From contig JAQGDQ010000444.1 of assembly GCA_030141605.1 (NCBI GenBank), positions 20,737 to 84,736 of the forward strand: a stretch of DNA of 64,000 nucleotides. Reading direction: 5' to 3'. This document shows positions 40,012-52,737 of this stretch, piece by piece (position 1 is the first letter of the stretch; every line of letters starts with the position of its first letter). A program made the position numbers and the translations under genes. Source of the DNA: Tubiluchus corallicola (Eukaryota > Animalia > Priapulida). The notes beneath the pieces were generated by a model. The model saw nothing but the letters and a program-made list of their open reading frames with translations, had not been told where the DNA came from and searched no databases.

Positions 40012-41329
40012 TTAAACCAGGTTGTGCTATGTATTGTTGCAGATAGATACACGTTGCCAGTAAAAGAAAAATCAAAGTTTTGGCACTGAACTTGCACAGA
40101 TTGCAGGCAGCTGTGAGCAGCTTTTATGAGACGACCAAAAGCCCACTTTGAAAGTGCAATATAAAGATTCTTTATAAATCAAGAAGATATTAATATTGAA
40201 CTAAGATCTCAGTTTGCTTTACAACCCAACTTATTTTGAGTCAATGGCATTTCAGCTGATTATCTTGCCAAATTTTAACACGATGATATATGTCCAGTCC
40301 ATAACCTGTAATAGGCTGGCGCTTCAATTTGAAAAAAAGAAACGATTTATAACTACGCCTTGTTTAGGCACCGCAAAGGAACTCTACTTGACACGGTATG
40401 ATCCAAGTATGCTCAACATTCAGTATAAATCTGCTTTATCTCTCCAACTCTAAAAAAAGTGCTTGCATATTTCATCATTTCATCAAAACTTCTCAGAAAA
40501 AGCTGTAGGAATACCTTTTCTTGTGCACTTTTTATGGTCTTCTGTTTCAGGTACTTGTATGGCACACCAGAACACAGGCTCCAACAATTATAACAGAATA
40601 GCAACAAACCAAAGTTGAAATAAACTAGAAAAGATTTGCTGCCCCAGACTACCCTATAGTTTTTTGAAAACAGAACAAATCTACATAATAAGCCTTTTCG
40701 CATTTTCGTTGCTGGTATCACAGTTGCTATAGGTTAAAAGTTAAGTGTACCACACCAACGCGTCTTTACTACAACCATCACATGACATGCGAGTAAGGGA
40801 AGCCGCATGAGTTTACAATTTATAAATATGCATTAGTCTTTTCAGTCCTTGCGAAGAGTGATTTACTAGCAGGATCTTGCTTGACGGCAGAAAGAATGAA
40901 CTAGGTAAGGTACTAGCTAGCTGCTAAAGCTGTTACCATTACAATAGCTTGGTATTGCGAGGTGTTGTCAAGTACACACATATGCATGGATAAAACCACA
41001 TTTTTATCGTTTTTTAATCATTTGTCACATTTGAATGACTTAAGTCACATATTTTGTGCCAAGGCGCATTTGAAGTGACTATTACATTAACTATTTACAT
41101 TACATTACATTACTATTACTATGACAATAAAAAATCCAGTATGGCCAATGGAAGAAAACACAAAAGATAGAAAAGAAAAGAAACGAGAAATGATGATAAA
41201 TGAATTTTCAATTTTTCTTTTCTTCAGGCAAACAATAATTTAGTTATAACTCTTTCATATGGAGCATTACAAATGTTGTCATTTTATCTGGATGAAAACA
41301 GCGATATTATACTGATTATACAATTATAA

Positions 41330-42352
41330 TTATTGTTCCCTTTCTGCATCCCATCCAAGCTTTATTGGTTTTTCTGGTAAACTTGCTGAAGAGACATTCC
41401 ACACTAACAGAGGTTCAAAATCACATTCACCAACAGCTTCTTTAGTACCTCTTTGGTAATTCATTCCCACTTCTCTTCTGTTACAAGCTAATGTTTTGTT
41501 ATCAGGTAAATTAGCGTACAGTGTATACAAGTTGTTTACAGCAAAATAATACATGATATAGGATGAAGGCATCGACCTCATCTTTAAATGACGTTTCCGT
41601 ATCCAAGCATTTGTGATTAATCTTTGTCCTGGAATTATCGGAATAAAACTTTCATCTTTCATTGCATCAAACACCCAATTGCGAAACTGATGCCATATTT
41701 CTGGAATAGGTGCAAATCCCCAAGTGCCTATCTGATGATATAGAAACACGTCTGCACTAAAGCAATCTTCACACAGGGGATTTTTGTGTTTCCCTGTTCT
41801 TGAAATCAAGGTTCCTCTTTGCAGAGTTATACCTCCAATATCAGACTTTTTATGATACTGTAATAATGCAGCTTTAAGCCATATATAATAGCGAGGGGAA
41901 ACTTCCAGATCATCTTCCAAAATCAGCCCGAATTCTCCTTTCCTTCCAGATGTCTTCCAGCAATCATACCATTGCAAGTATGGTCCATAGTGCACAGGGT
42001 GGACAATAACTTCCTTTCTACCATAGATCCATATAAATGAGTTAATGACTTTAAGTGTAGTAGCTGATATTGAACTGTCATTAGCACTTCTGTCTACACA
42101 AATCTTAAGCCCAACTTCATCCTTGTTATAGTGACTTGAATTAAGCGACTTTAAAAGCCTCGACAATGATTTTGACCTATCGTAAGTCAGTACAGCAATT
42201 TCCAACTTAAATAATTCATTTTCCTTCTTCCAAACAGTAAGCTTAGGTGATCGCAAATGCACAATTCCACAGTGGAAAAACACATAAAGTCCAAAGCACG
42301 CAAAAATGACATATCTCTGATTCTTATTGCAAACTGACACTTTTCTGCTCAT
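41330..42352 (-). CDS. Uncharacterised GT-A-fold glycosyltransferase, copy 2 (340 aa, single coding exon)
   Basis: Type II TM (YVIFACFGLYVFFHCGIV). Motifs AVLTYDRSKSLSRLLKSL, KICVD, FIWIYGRK, HYGPYLQWYDCW, GLILEDDLEVSPRYYIWLK and LYTLYANLP..NRREVGMNY. Paralogue of 27008-28099. Confidence 0.85.
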   Translation of the reverse strand: MSRKVSVCNKNQRYVIFACFGLYVFFHCGIVHLRSPKLTVWKKENELFKLEIAVLTYDRSKSLSRLLKSLNSSHYNKDEVGLKICVDRSANDSSISATTLKVINSFIWIYGRKEVIVHPVHYGPYLQWYDCWKTSGRKGEFGLILEDDLEVSPRYYIWLKAALLQYHKKSDIGGITLQRGTLISRTGKHKNPLCEDCFSADVFLYHQIGTWGFAPIPEIWHQFRNWVFDAMKDESFIPIIPGQRLITNAWIRKRHLKMRSMPSSYIMYYFAVNNLYTLYANLPDNKTLACNRREVGMNYQRGTKEAVGECDFEPLLVWNVSSASLPEKPIKLGWDAEREQ

Positions 42353-42979
42353 CGCTATTAAGCAAAGCAGTTAATCTTTCTAGATGATAAAAAATCCTTG
42401 TCTTAAGTTCATAAACTGGCTATACTTGTGGGAATATGCTTTACGTTTCCCGCAAATGATTCGCTCAACTGACAAGAAATAGCGTACTATGTTATGTGTA
42501 CTTTGAGTTTTATAAAATACTAGCACACAATCGTAATTTGGTCTGTAAATAAAGCTGCATTGTGAGATGACTGTGATGATGACGGGAGTTGCCACCCAGC
42601 TCAAATTAATTTGATTTTTTTACTACGTTAAAGTTGCACAGACGCGAACCGGCACGAACGACCAGCCGGTACAGGTAGTTTATCTCTTGAGTTTCTGCCC
42701 CTTGTTGTAAAGCTTTTCGCATCCTATTCATATATACTTCAGGTTCTTCTGCTTCAGCTAAAATATGTAACAATGCATTATGTTTTACTGAATGAGTTCA
42801 TCATCAAAAACAATAAGAATCTCAAGTTTATATTTTTCTTGTATTAGTTCTCTGTTGCAGCTAAATATGTAGGTCGACAAAAAAAGCTTGGATATTGTTT
42901 GTTTCTGGTAAATTTTTCTGGTAAGATGGGCTTTTTTTCCCAATGACTAACAACTTTTTTCCACAGTCCAATGATGCAT

Positions 42980-43850
42980 TCATCGCATTTTTACAATCTG
43001 ATATTTAATATGTACTTTACTGTCACCGAATTTTGTTTCAATAAATTTTGCGCCGAGTACAGGCATAGCCATGCCTGAGGTGTCTTTCAACATTATACTA
43101 CTAACATCATAAGGACCCATACCTAATCGCTTGTATAGTGCTAATGATATGCAAGAAGTTGTCGCACCTGTGTCTATCAACAAAATTGTTGGCCATCCAT
43201 TTAACTCCAGAAAACAGGTCGGTTGGGTAATTAACGGTTCTTGCCAACCCGTGGAGCTGTGCGTTCGATACGCACTCACGGTATCCCAATTATCCTTGTC
43301 TACACTTGCTATCTTTAAATTTTCCTGGCACCCTTTAAGCGCATCACGCCTTTTTCTATTATTACTTATGCATTTACAGTGTTTACATATACCAATTTCA
43401 TTTACAACTCTATTTACATCGCCGCTCGTCTCCGTTATGTAATCTCGGCTCCTTACGGGGGAGACGACCTGTTGGGAGCCTGCCAGTTTTCCAGCGGCCT
43501 TCCTCAGCCTACTCTTCCTTGTTAAACAGGGCCCCTATATCGACACTCTCTAGCAAAGTGTCCCGGCCACTGACATTTAAAACATATATCTGCCTGTGTG
43601 GGCCTTCTTGGGTTTTGGGTCCACCTTCCCATACCTTGTCGGCCTAATCCAGCTTGTTGAGGCCGCTGCCTAGGTGCCGGTTCTCTGAGGGGAGGATTCT
43701 TACCTACTTGATGCTGCTGACCCTGGCAATTCTCGGGAACATTCTTCCTTTTCTCAGGGTGACCCTTTTCTGGTCCTTTAGCATCTCCAGGTAACATTAA
43801 CTGACACACAGGACTTTCACCATTGCTATTCGAGTCAGTACCTAAATAAT
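42980..43850 (-). mobile_element. Ty3/gypsy gag-protease remnant
   Basis: CCHC zinc knuckle CFKCQWPGHFAREC and aspartic protease LLIDTGATTSCIS. Confidence 0.85.
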
Positions 43851-43869
43851 CCACTTTGTTTTTGTTTTT

Positions 43870-46760
43870 TAAAGACGTTTTTTTAGAAATTCTGGGTAGG
43901 CATGAAGCCACTCATGGTGAAGTGGTACAGGATTTGCGCTTGACTCTGACAGAGAGCAGTGGCAAGCAATTGGATACATGGAAATATTCCAAGAAATATT
44001 CTTCTCACCAAGCTACACACCCAATCACAAGTTTCTCCATGCCTCCCTATGAGAAGTTCACTTTCGCAGCAGGGGCATTTTTAGCTGTACTTTTCAACTG
44101 ATCATGAACAACACCAACAGCTCAATGACCAAGCTACAAATAGCTATAATTAGATTTGCCTGACCATCACATCAACAATTAAGAAAACAAAAATATCGTT
44201 TGGCTTTTTGTGCCTTTTATTTCTATTTGTAGCATGTTTTTTGACCTTGTAATTTTTTTAAAAAAAACATGTGTATTTAGAAATATTGGGAGAGTGTGAA
44301 TCTTCTCAACGTGAAGCGGTGCAGGATTAGCGCACACTTCTGACTGCGAGCGGTGGTTATTTTTTTTACTATTCTTTCCGCCATCGAACGAACCCCATCA
44401 GAGATAGATCCATTTCCAGGATCTTCCCATGAGAAGCTAACTTCAGCAGCAGGCATAGTTTTTGACAGACTTTGTAGACTATGATGCACAACAAAAGCTT
44501 AGTGATCAAGCTAGGAAAATGCATTTCTCGCATTAGTTTGCATTTTGATACACATCTTTTAAATCTATTTGCCACCTGTTTTGCGACCATGCAGTTTTTT
44601 TTCCTTTTTTCAAAAAGACACATACGTTCTGGGAGGCTGTAAAGTTTCTTAAAGTGAAGTGGTGCAGGATTAGCACTTACCTCTGACAGAGAAGTGTGGC
44701 ACAGAGCAATGCAAAACTTTTCTACCCACCAATTAACACAACCCATCAGAATGCGATCCCAGTTTTCCAAGCCTTCCCACGAGAAACTCACTTCAATGGT
44801 ATGTATGTTTTAGACATGATTTTCATTTGACTGTGAGCAACACCAGCAGTTCAGTGAAGAAGTTGGCAAAAATGCAATGTATTACGTTAAGTTTCATCTG
44901 TCCCGTTATTTGAACATTCATGGGTCGACTTTAATCTGATTTTTTTTATTGTCAGGCATATTTGTTGCATTATTGTGGGCATTCAAAATATTTTTTAACA
45001 AAACACATGTTTTTATAGATTTTTGAAGGATGTAAAGTTTCTAGATGTGAAGCGGTACCGGGATTTGCGCTTACATTCCGACAAAGAGTGGTGGCTAGAG
45101 AAACTGCTAGTGATATTTTTTTCACTATTCTGCTCGCCATCGTACGCACCCCATCAGAGATAGATCCATTTCCGGGACCTTCCCACGAGAAGCTAACTTC
45201 AACAGCAGGGATAGTTTTTGACTGATCCACAACAAAAGCTTAGCGATCAAGCAAGCAAAATGCATTATTTGCATTTGTTACAACTTTTAAATCTATTTGG
45301 CAACTGTTTCGTGACCAACCAGTTTTTTCTTTTCTTAAATTGTGCAGAAATTCCGGGAGGCTGTAAAGCTTCTCAATGTAAAGTGGTGATAGATTTGCGC
45401 TTAACTCTGACAAAGAGCAGTGGCCACGGCAGTTACTTTAATTTTCTTCTCGCCAAAAAAACACACACCCTATCACAGACATATCCAGACCTTCGCATAA
45501 GAAACTCACTTCAATAGAAGACATATTTTTTAAATTAACCATAATTAAGACCTAAAACTTCAAGTTGTTAAAAATCAGATTGACAGAATACCATAGGTTC
45601 AAAAATCGTCTATCAATTATTTGAACGGTCAGGATTCTAATTTAATTTGACTTTTTAAATTTTTAAACCAGTTTTTTTTTTATTTTTTGTAAACTTGCAT
45701 TTTTTCCAAAACACACATTTTTTAAAATGTTTGGAGAGTAATAAGCTTCTTGATGTGAAGCGATGCTGGATTTGCGCATACCTCGGACAGAGAGTGCTGG
45801 CATGCAACCGCTGATAATCCTTTTACGCCAACAACATGCCCTACCAGAGATAGATCATGTCCCCTACCCTTTCCATGAGAAGCTATACTGTACATTTTTA
45901 TGCCTATCTGTTTCAGGTTTTGCAATAATAAAACATTTTGCCCTTTAAAAACACGTACACTCAGAAACGCTGGGCGAGTATAATGCTTCTCAAAATGCAG
46001 GTATTAGCATTTACTTCTGACAGAGCATGGTGACACAGCAGTTACGTTCACACCGAAAAAAACAAACCCTATCAGAGAGGAGATCCAATTTGCCGGACTT
46101 CCCATGAGAAACTCACTTGAATAACGTGTACAATTTGGGAATGCTTTTCAATGACTATGAGCAACAAGAAAAACGAGTGTACAAGCTAGCAAAATATCAA
46201 ACATTCAAAAATTCCGATTTAAAAATGTTATATTTATGTTGATCTTCGTCTGTTTATCATTTGAAAAGTCAGAAGAATTCTGTTTTAATTTGGCTTTTTA
46301 AATTTTCAGATTTGTGTGTCACATTTTTGGTGGATTTGGAAAATATTGAAGAAAAGGGTTTCAGAAATTTTGGGGGGTGTAAAGTTTCCCGATGTGAAGC
46401 GGTACAGGATTTGTACTTACCTCTCTGACAGAGAGTGCCAGTCGTCAATTGCTTTATTTTTTTCTCGCCAATAACCCACCCTAGCAGAAACAGATATAGT
46501 CACCTGTATCTTCTCATGAGAAGCCCACTTTACTTGCAGGGACATTGTTAAAGAAAAATGAAACACACCTACAGCTGAGCAATATGTCCATTACTTGAGA
46601 CAGATCCTAAAGAGAGGGTGTGAGACTTCTCTATGTGAAGAGGTTACAAGATCAGCACTTATTTCTGATAGGGAGAGATGGCACAGCATTTTTTTTTTGC
46701 TGAATTTATTTATTTTTTCTTGCCACATATGTACTCCATCAGACAGAAAGATGGAGAATA
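43870..46760. repeat. Complex degenerate tandem array, about 9 units spaced about 240-400 bp, with a conserved core
   Basis: Core GTGAAG.GGT.CAGGATT.GC..TTAC.TCTGACAGAGA...CCATCAGAGATAGATCC...TTCCCA(T/C)GAGAA.CT.ACTTCA at about 43917, 44311, 44654, 45047, 45378, 45755, 45995, 46394 and 46635. Confidence 0.85.
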
Positions 46761-47307
46761 TTACTATTAGAGAATATACAGAAATAGGGTTGCAAAACAT
46801 GACGTGCTCTTTTTCAAACTATTGTTTTTTGGCAGGGAATGGTCACTAATACACGCTCATACATGAATGCACAACTATAGTATCTTTTAATAAAGAAACC
46901 ACTTTTTCAGAGCCACACGGGGCGGGGACGAAATAGCTCAAAATGAACAAAATTTTAATGTAGCCGTTTCAAATCTTTAAGTGTCTACTTCTTTTTGGCC
47001 ACTCTTATTAAACAAAATATCTAAAGAAAGACGGCAGTATCATTAATGTAACATTTGCCGACTAATTTTCTGATTCGTTTGGCGTCAGTTTTTTTGTAAA
47101 ACTTGCTATTTCTACCCCTGAATGCACAATTAGCTGTTTCTTGCCTTTTACTTCCATCATGCCATTTTGCACATCGTTTGCGAACATTTTAATGCTAACC
47201 ACCTGTTTTACTTGATTGGCAACAACATGTAGCTGTAAACTCTTTACTACTGTACATACCAATCTTTTGGCTCCATTAGTACATGTTTGTAAGCAATTCT
47301 TTGCATT

Positions 47308-49140
47308 TTACAGTACTTCTGTATATACTACGTTTTGCGTGAATACATCATTCCTATTTTTCAACAAGTTACCTTGTTGCGCATTTTCCTCGATCATTAT
47401 TTTGAGATCTGCGAAGCATCTGACTCTACTCACGGCTACATACATTTGTCCATGAGTAAAAACAGGCCTCGGCAAGTAGATACCAACCTTTTGAAAAGTT
47501 TGACCTTGACTCTTGTTAATAGTCAATGCAAAGCTCACACCGCAAGGGAACTGACGCCGAGTCATTTTAAATGGCAACTGAGTGTCTGACGGTGATCTGT
47601 CTGAGTTACCCGAGGAATAAACACCCGCTTACCTCTGCTAGAATTTTCAATATGTGTCATCCATACAGTTGTGAAGTACTGCTGCAAACTGATTCAAACA
47701 TCTTTTTGCCTTGTTCTTAATCAATTTAGACAGTCGGTTATTGCGCTGCTCTTCACTTTCATGTTGAAGCCTCTTTTGTTGGCTTGTGCATACGACTTGT
47801 AATCTAGCCCGTTTTTCTGCTTCGCTTTCATTTTGAAGCCGATTTTGTTGATTCTTGGTTAAAACTTGTAACCTTTTGGATTTTTCTACTTCAGTCTCAA
47901 CTTCTAATCTATTTTTTTGGTTTTGAGACAAAATCTGTAATCTACTCATTTTTTGCACATCCGTTTCGTTTTTTCGCCATCTGGCCTGATATTGTTGGTT
48001 TTTAATCAGATGTGCTTGCCTTGACTCTTCTGTCTCACTAATAGTTTGCTTTTTCAGTCTTCTCTCGCCTGCTTTTCTGTACTTGGAACGTTCACTTAAA
48101 GGTTGTTTTTTAACAGAAGACTTTTTCAATGAGACTTTCAACTCTTGACCATCATTACAAATCTGAGTATTTTCTAGAGTTTTGTTGCAGCAGTAAAAAC
48201 TTTCTGTCTCACATGCTGGACCTACGCCAGTCTTATTGACATTTCTCTTTGTGCTTTTGTTTTTTAATTGCTGTTCAATTGACTTTTTTCTTTTTTTTTT
48301 TTGGTTTGACAGTTTGCCGTTCTTTTACTGTTTTGCTTAAGATAGTTCCACTTACATAATTGACTTCAGAGGATGAATTCCTAGCTGGGGCAAGATTGTC
48401 AATGTAAACTTCTTGATCAAAAAATGAGTATGTACCGATATTTAAATCTGTAGGTCTAGAACCATCGAGTGCATCAAAATGGTTATTTTGAAACACCAAA
48501 CAACAGTATCGGTGGCAATGATTTTCTGCACATCCTCTAAATATTTGACAAGTAGGCTTATTCTGATAAAGAAATAGCAGATAGATATCTATTTGGAAAG
48601 CAATAGCTGCTGCTTGAATGCATTCATCTGTGAGCCACAACTCCCTACAGCCTGTGTCTTTCATCACGTTTTGCAAAAATAAATCAAAATCTAAATCTAA
48701 GCGTGGCTCGAACATGTTTCTGTATTCTTTAATGCATTCAGCTATGCATTGTCTTACTTCCAGATGGTTATCCACTGTTCCAAACAGATTATGTGACAAG
48801 GAATAATACCCACATCTGCCATCAGCCATAACAGGAGTGATTACATACCCATTGTTCCTACAATATGTGTAAATATCCATCTTTTGGTATTTATTATCTT
48901 TTAGTATTTTCGTATTCCAAGTTACCAGATCTTTCCTAATAAAATTAGATCGTACAAACCCTTCCAAAATATCGGAAAGTCAGCGGTTCCTTTTCAAAAT
49001 TTGCTGAAAATATAATAATGATAGTATTTTCGTATTCCAACTTACCAGATCTTTTTTAATAAAATTAGATCGTACAAACCCTTTCAAAATCTCGGAAAGT
49101 CACCGCTTACTTTTCGAAATTTGCTGAAAATATAATAATG
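47308..49140 (-). mobile_element. Internally deleted Helitron-type element: OTU cysteine protease, charged repeat region, Pif1 helicase C-terminus
   Basis: 48275-48967: OTU motif ADGRCGYYSLS...W....IQAAA...NNHFDAL. 47647-48141: ETEE..R.RL repeats of the kind found before Helitron Rep domains. 47308-47640: Pif1 motifs RRQFP..FALTINKSQGQT..VGIYL..PVFTHGQMYVAVSRV..NVVYTEVL. The Rep domain is absent. A 120-bp tandem duplication lies at 48903-49140. Confidence 0.85.
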
Positions 49141-49317
49141 ATAATAATTTTAATTAAATTTTTTTGGTAGAACTGTTCGTAATTATATTTATTGATTCTG
49201 CCACTATCGTCAGGTTCTCAACATAATCTAACTATATATTAATTTTCCCGGTATTTTGTTGGTAAATAGATGGATTGATGTATTTATATGTTTGTAATTT
49301 GTTTTGTTTTGACAAAC

Positions 49318-50445
<1,128 letters not shown>

Positions 50446-50604
50446 AGTTTCCTGTACTGCTTTTCCTTAGCCAACTCATATTAATAAAATAATCTCTCCC
50501 TTGCTCTCTCTCCCTCTTTTTTAATCTCTCTCTCTCTCTTTTGCTTTCTATCTCCTCTCTGTTTCTTTCTCTCTTGCTTTCTCTCTCTTCTCTCTTTCTC
50601 TCTC

Positions 50605-50639
<35 letters not shown>

Positions 50640-50644
50640 CCCTT

Positions 50645-51990
50645 GATTTTTAGATTTAGATTTAATATTTTATTTCAAACTTCGCAAAGTTCATAAACAC
50701 ATCACAAATTAGTACAAATAATACAATAAATCATGAAACACAACAATAAAACAGATAACAATTAACTATATAAGAAACTACGCCAATGACATCTAATTGC
50801 AGAAGTAAAGTTTGCATCACTCTTTAAAATGTTTTTGCATATAAAATTTTAACTCTTATTTAGCCTGACTGTATGCACATTTTCTGTGAATGACATCAAA
50901 ATAAATAATATTAAGTCTAGCAGAAATATATCTTGCGCTGGTATCATATGAAAAGTTAAAAAGCTTCCTTGTTGATACATTATATGCAACCTTGAGTTTG
51001 CTAAGATTGTAAGAATAAAAATGTCTCCAAGTGGACATACAATAAAAAGTAGTGCAGTAAGCATTAAACAATTGTCTCTTCACGTTAACTGAACAGTGAG
51101 TAAATTTCATGAGTAATTTATTTGCTCTACCATAGTAAATTGAACATTGTCGTAATATATCTAAATCATCTCTATTGTCATCTGATAAAATATGTCCCAG
51201 ATATTTTTCCTTTTTACTTGGTACAAAACTTTTATACTGCAAAACAACAGACCCAAAAGTAAACTGCTGCATGTGGGCGGAGCGAAACGTGACAAGTTTA
51301 GTCTTATTCACATTTACAAGGATATCATATTCTTTAGCAAGTTTATTAAAAATATCTAGTAGTCTCTGCAAAGCCGTCGAGGTTGTTGCTAAAAGACATA
51401 TGTCATCAGCGTACATCAAGTGATTAATGCAGGCTTCAGCAATATGACAACCAACACCAGAGTTAGTAAGTGCAGCACTAAGATTTTTAAAATAGAAGTT
51501 AAATAACAGTGGAGACATTTTTCCACCTTGACGAATTCCGTTACCTACTGCAAAACTATCAGAGTTAAATTTACCCCATCTAACCAACATACGTTGTTCC
51601 GTGTAATAAAAAAGCAGAAGTCTAATTACTACATTTGGTAGGTTAGTATTGACAAGGTTTAGGAACAGTTTGAGATAGTTTACTCTATCGAACGCTTTTG
51701 ATGCATCAATAAACATAATATGTACAGTGCTTTGTCGACTAATGTAATAGTCAAGCACCTCTTTTAAAGTATGGATGCGCATCTCTGTGCCTAAGTTTTC
51801 AACAAAACCAAACTAGTTTGGCGTGGTACTCAAACAAGAACTGTACCGATTTAGAAGCAGTATTTCTATAACTTTGCTTCCTACAGATGAAAGAGCGATA
51901 GGCCTATAGTTGTTCTTGTCTGTAATATCCCAAATTTTTGTCTTTAACCAGAGGTACTAGTATAGATAACATTAACGAATGAGGCAAGTA
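50645..51990 (-). mobile_element. 5'-truncated LINE with reverse transcriptase
   Basis: NNYRPIAL, FIDASKAFDRV, GIRQGGKMSPLLF, LMYADD and KYLG RT motifs. The 3' end has AATAAA and a TAAATC-repeat tail at about 50645-50675. An in-frame stop lies upstream of 51782. Confidence 0.92.
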
Positions 51991-52117
51991 ACCGTGTGTT
52001 ACACAGGACGTGAATAGCAGCGCCAACATGATTGGCAGCAAATGGGATGAATTACGGAAATGTTCACCTTTAAGTCCGTCTGGACCAGCTGATTTATGTA
52101 AGGCAAGCCTATCAATT

Positions 52118-52164
52118 GCTCTCTCTCCTGCTTTCTCTCTCTCTCTCTTTCACTCTCTTTCTCT

Positions 52165-52207
<43 letters not shown>

Positions 52208-52737
52208 TCTCTCTCTTGTTCACTCTCTCTCTCTCTCTTTCTTTGTCTCTGTCTCTCTCTTACTCTTTCTCTCTCTCTCTCTTTCTCTTGCTCTCTTTAC
52301 CACTTGGTCTCACTCTCTTTTTCTCTCTCTCGCTCTCTCTCTTGCTCTCTTTCTCACTTGGTCTCTCTCTTTTTCTCTCTCTCGCTCTCTCTGTCTTTCT
52401 CTCGCTCTCTCTTCTTCTTTTTCACTCTTTCTCTCTCTCTCTGTCTCTCTCTTGCTTTCTCTCTCCTCTCTCTTACTCTCTCTCTCTTGCTTTCTCTTTC
52501 TCTCGATCTCTTTCTCTCTCTTTCCCTCGCTCTCTCTCTCCATCTCTCTCTTAATTGAGTTATAATAATAATTTCTCTCTCTCTTTCTCTCTCTCCACCT
52601 CTCTCTTAATTGAGTTATAATAATAATTTCTCTCTCTCTCTTTCTCTCTCTCTTTCCTAATCTCTCTCGCCTGCTCTCTCTCCTCTCTCTCTCCCTCTCT
52701 CTCTCTCTTTCGTTCTCTCTCTCACTCTCTCTCTCCC
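52118..52737. repeat. (CT)n-rich microsatellite; a second (CT)n tract lies at 50493-50641
   Basis: Read directly from the sequence. The two CT tracts flank the LINE. Confidence 0.95.

Noticed and set aside
44770-45195. TTCCCACG (Su(H)/CSL consensus) sites in the repeat array, suggesting a Notch link with GXYLT
   Set aside because: The exact site occurs in only two units, lies more than 30 kb from the GT8 gene and is explained by the repeat itself.
51999-52565. Ser/Leu- and Arg/Glu-rich ORFs
   Set aside because: They are translations of the (CT)n microsatellite.
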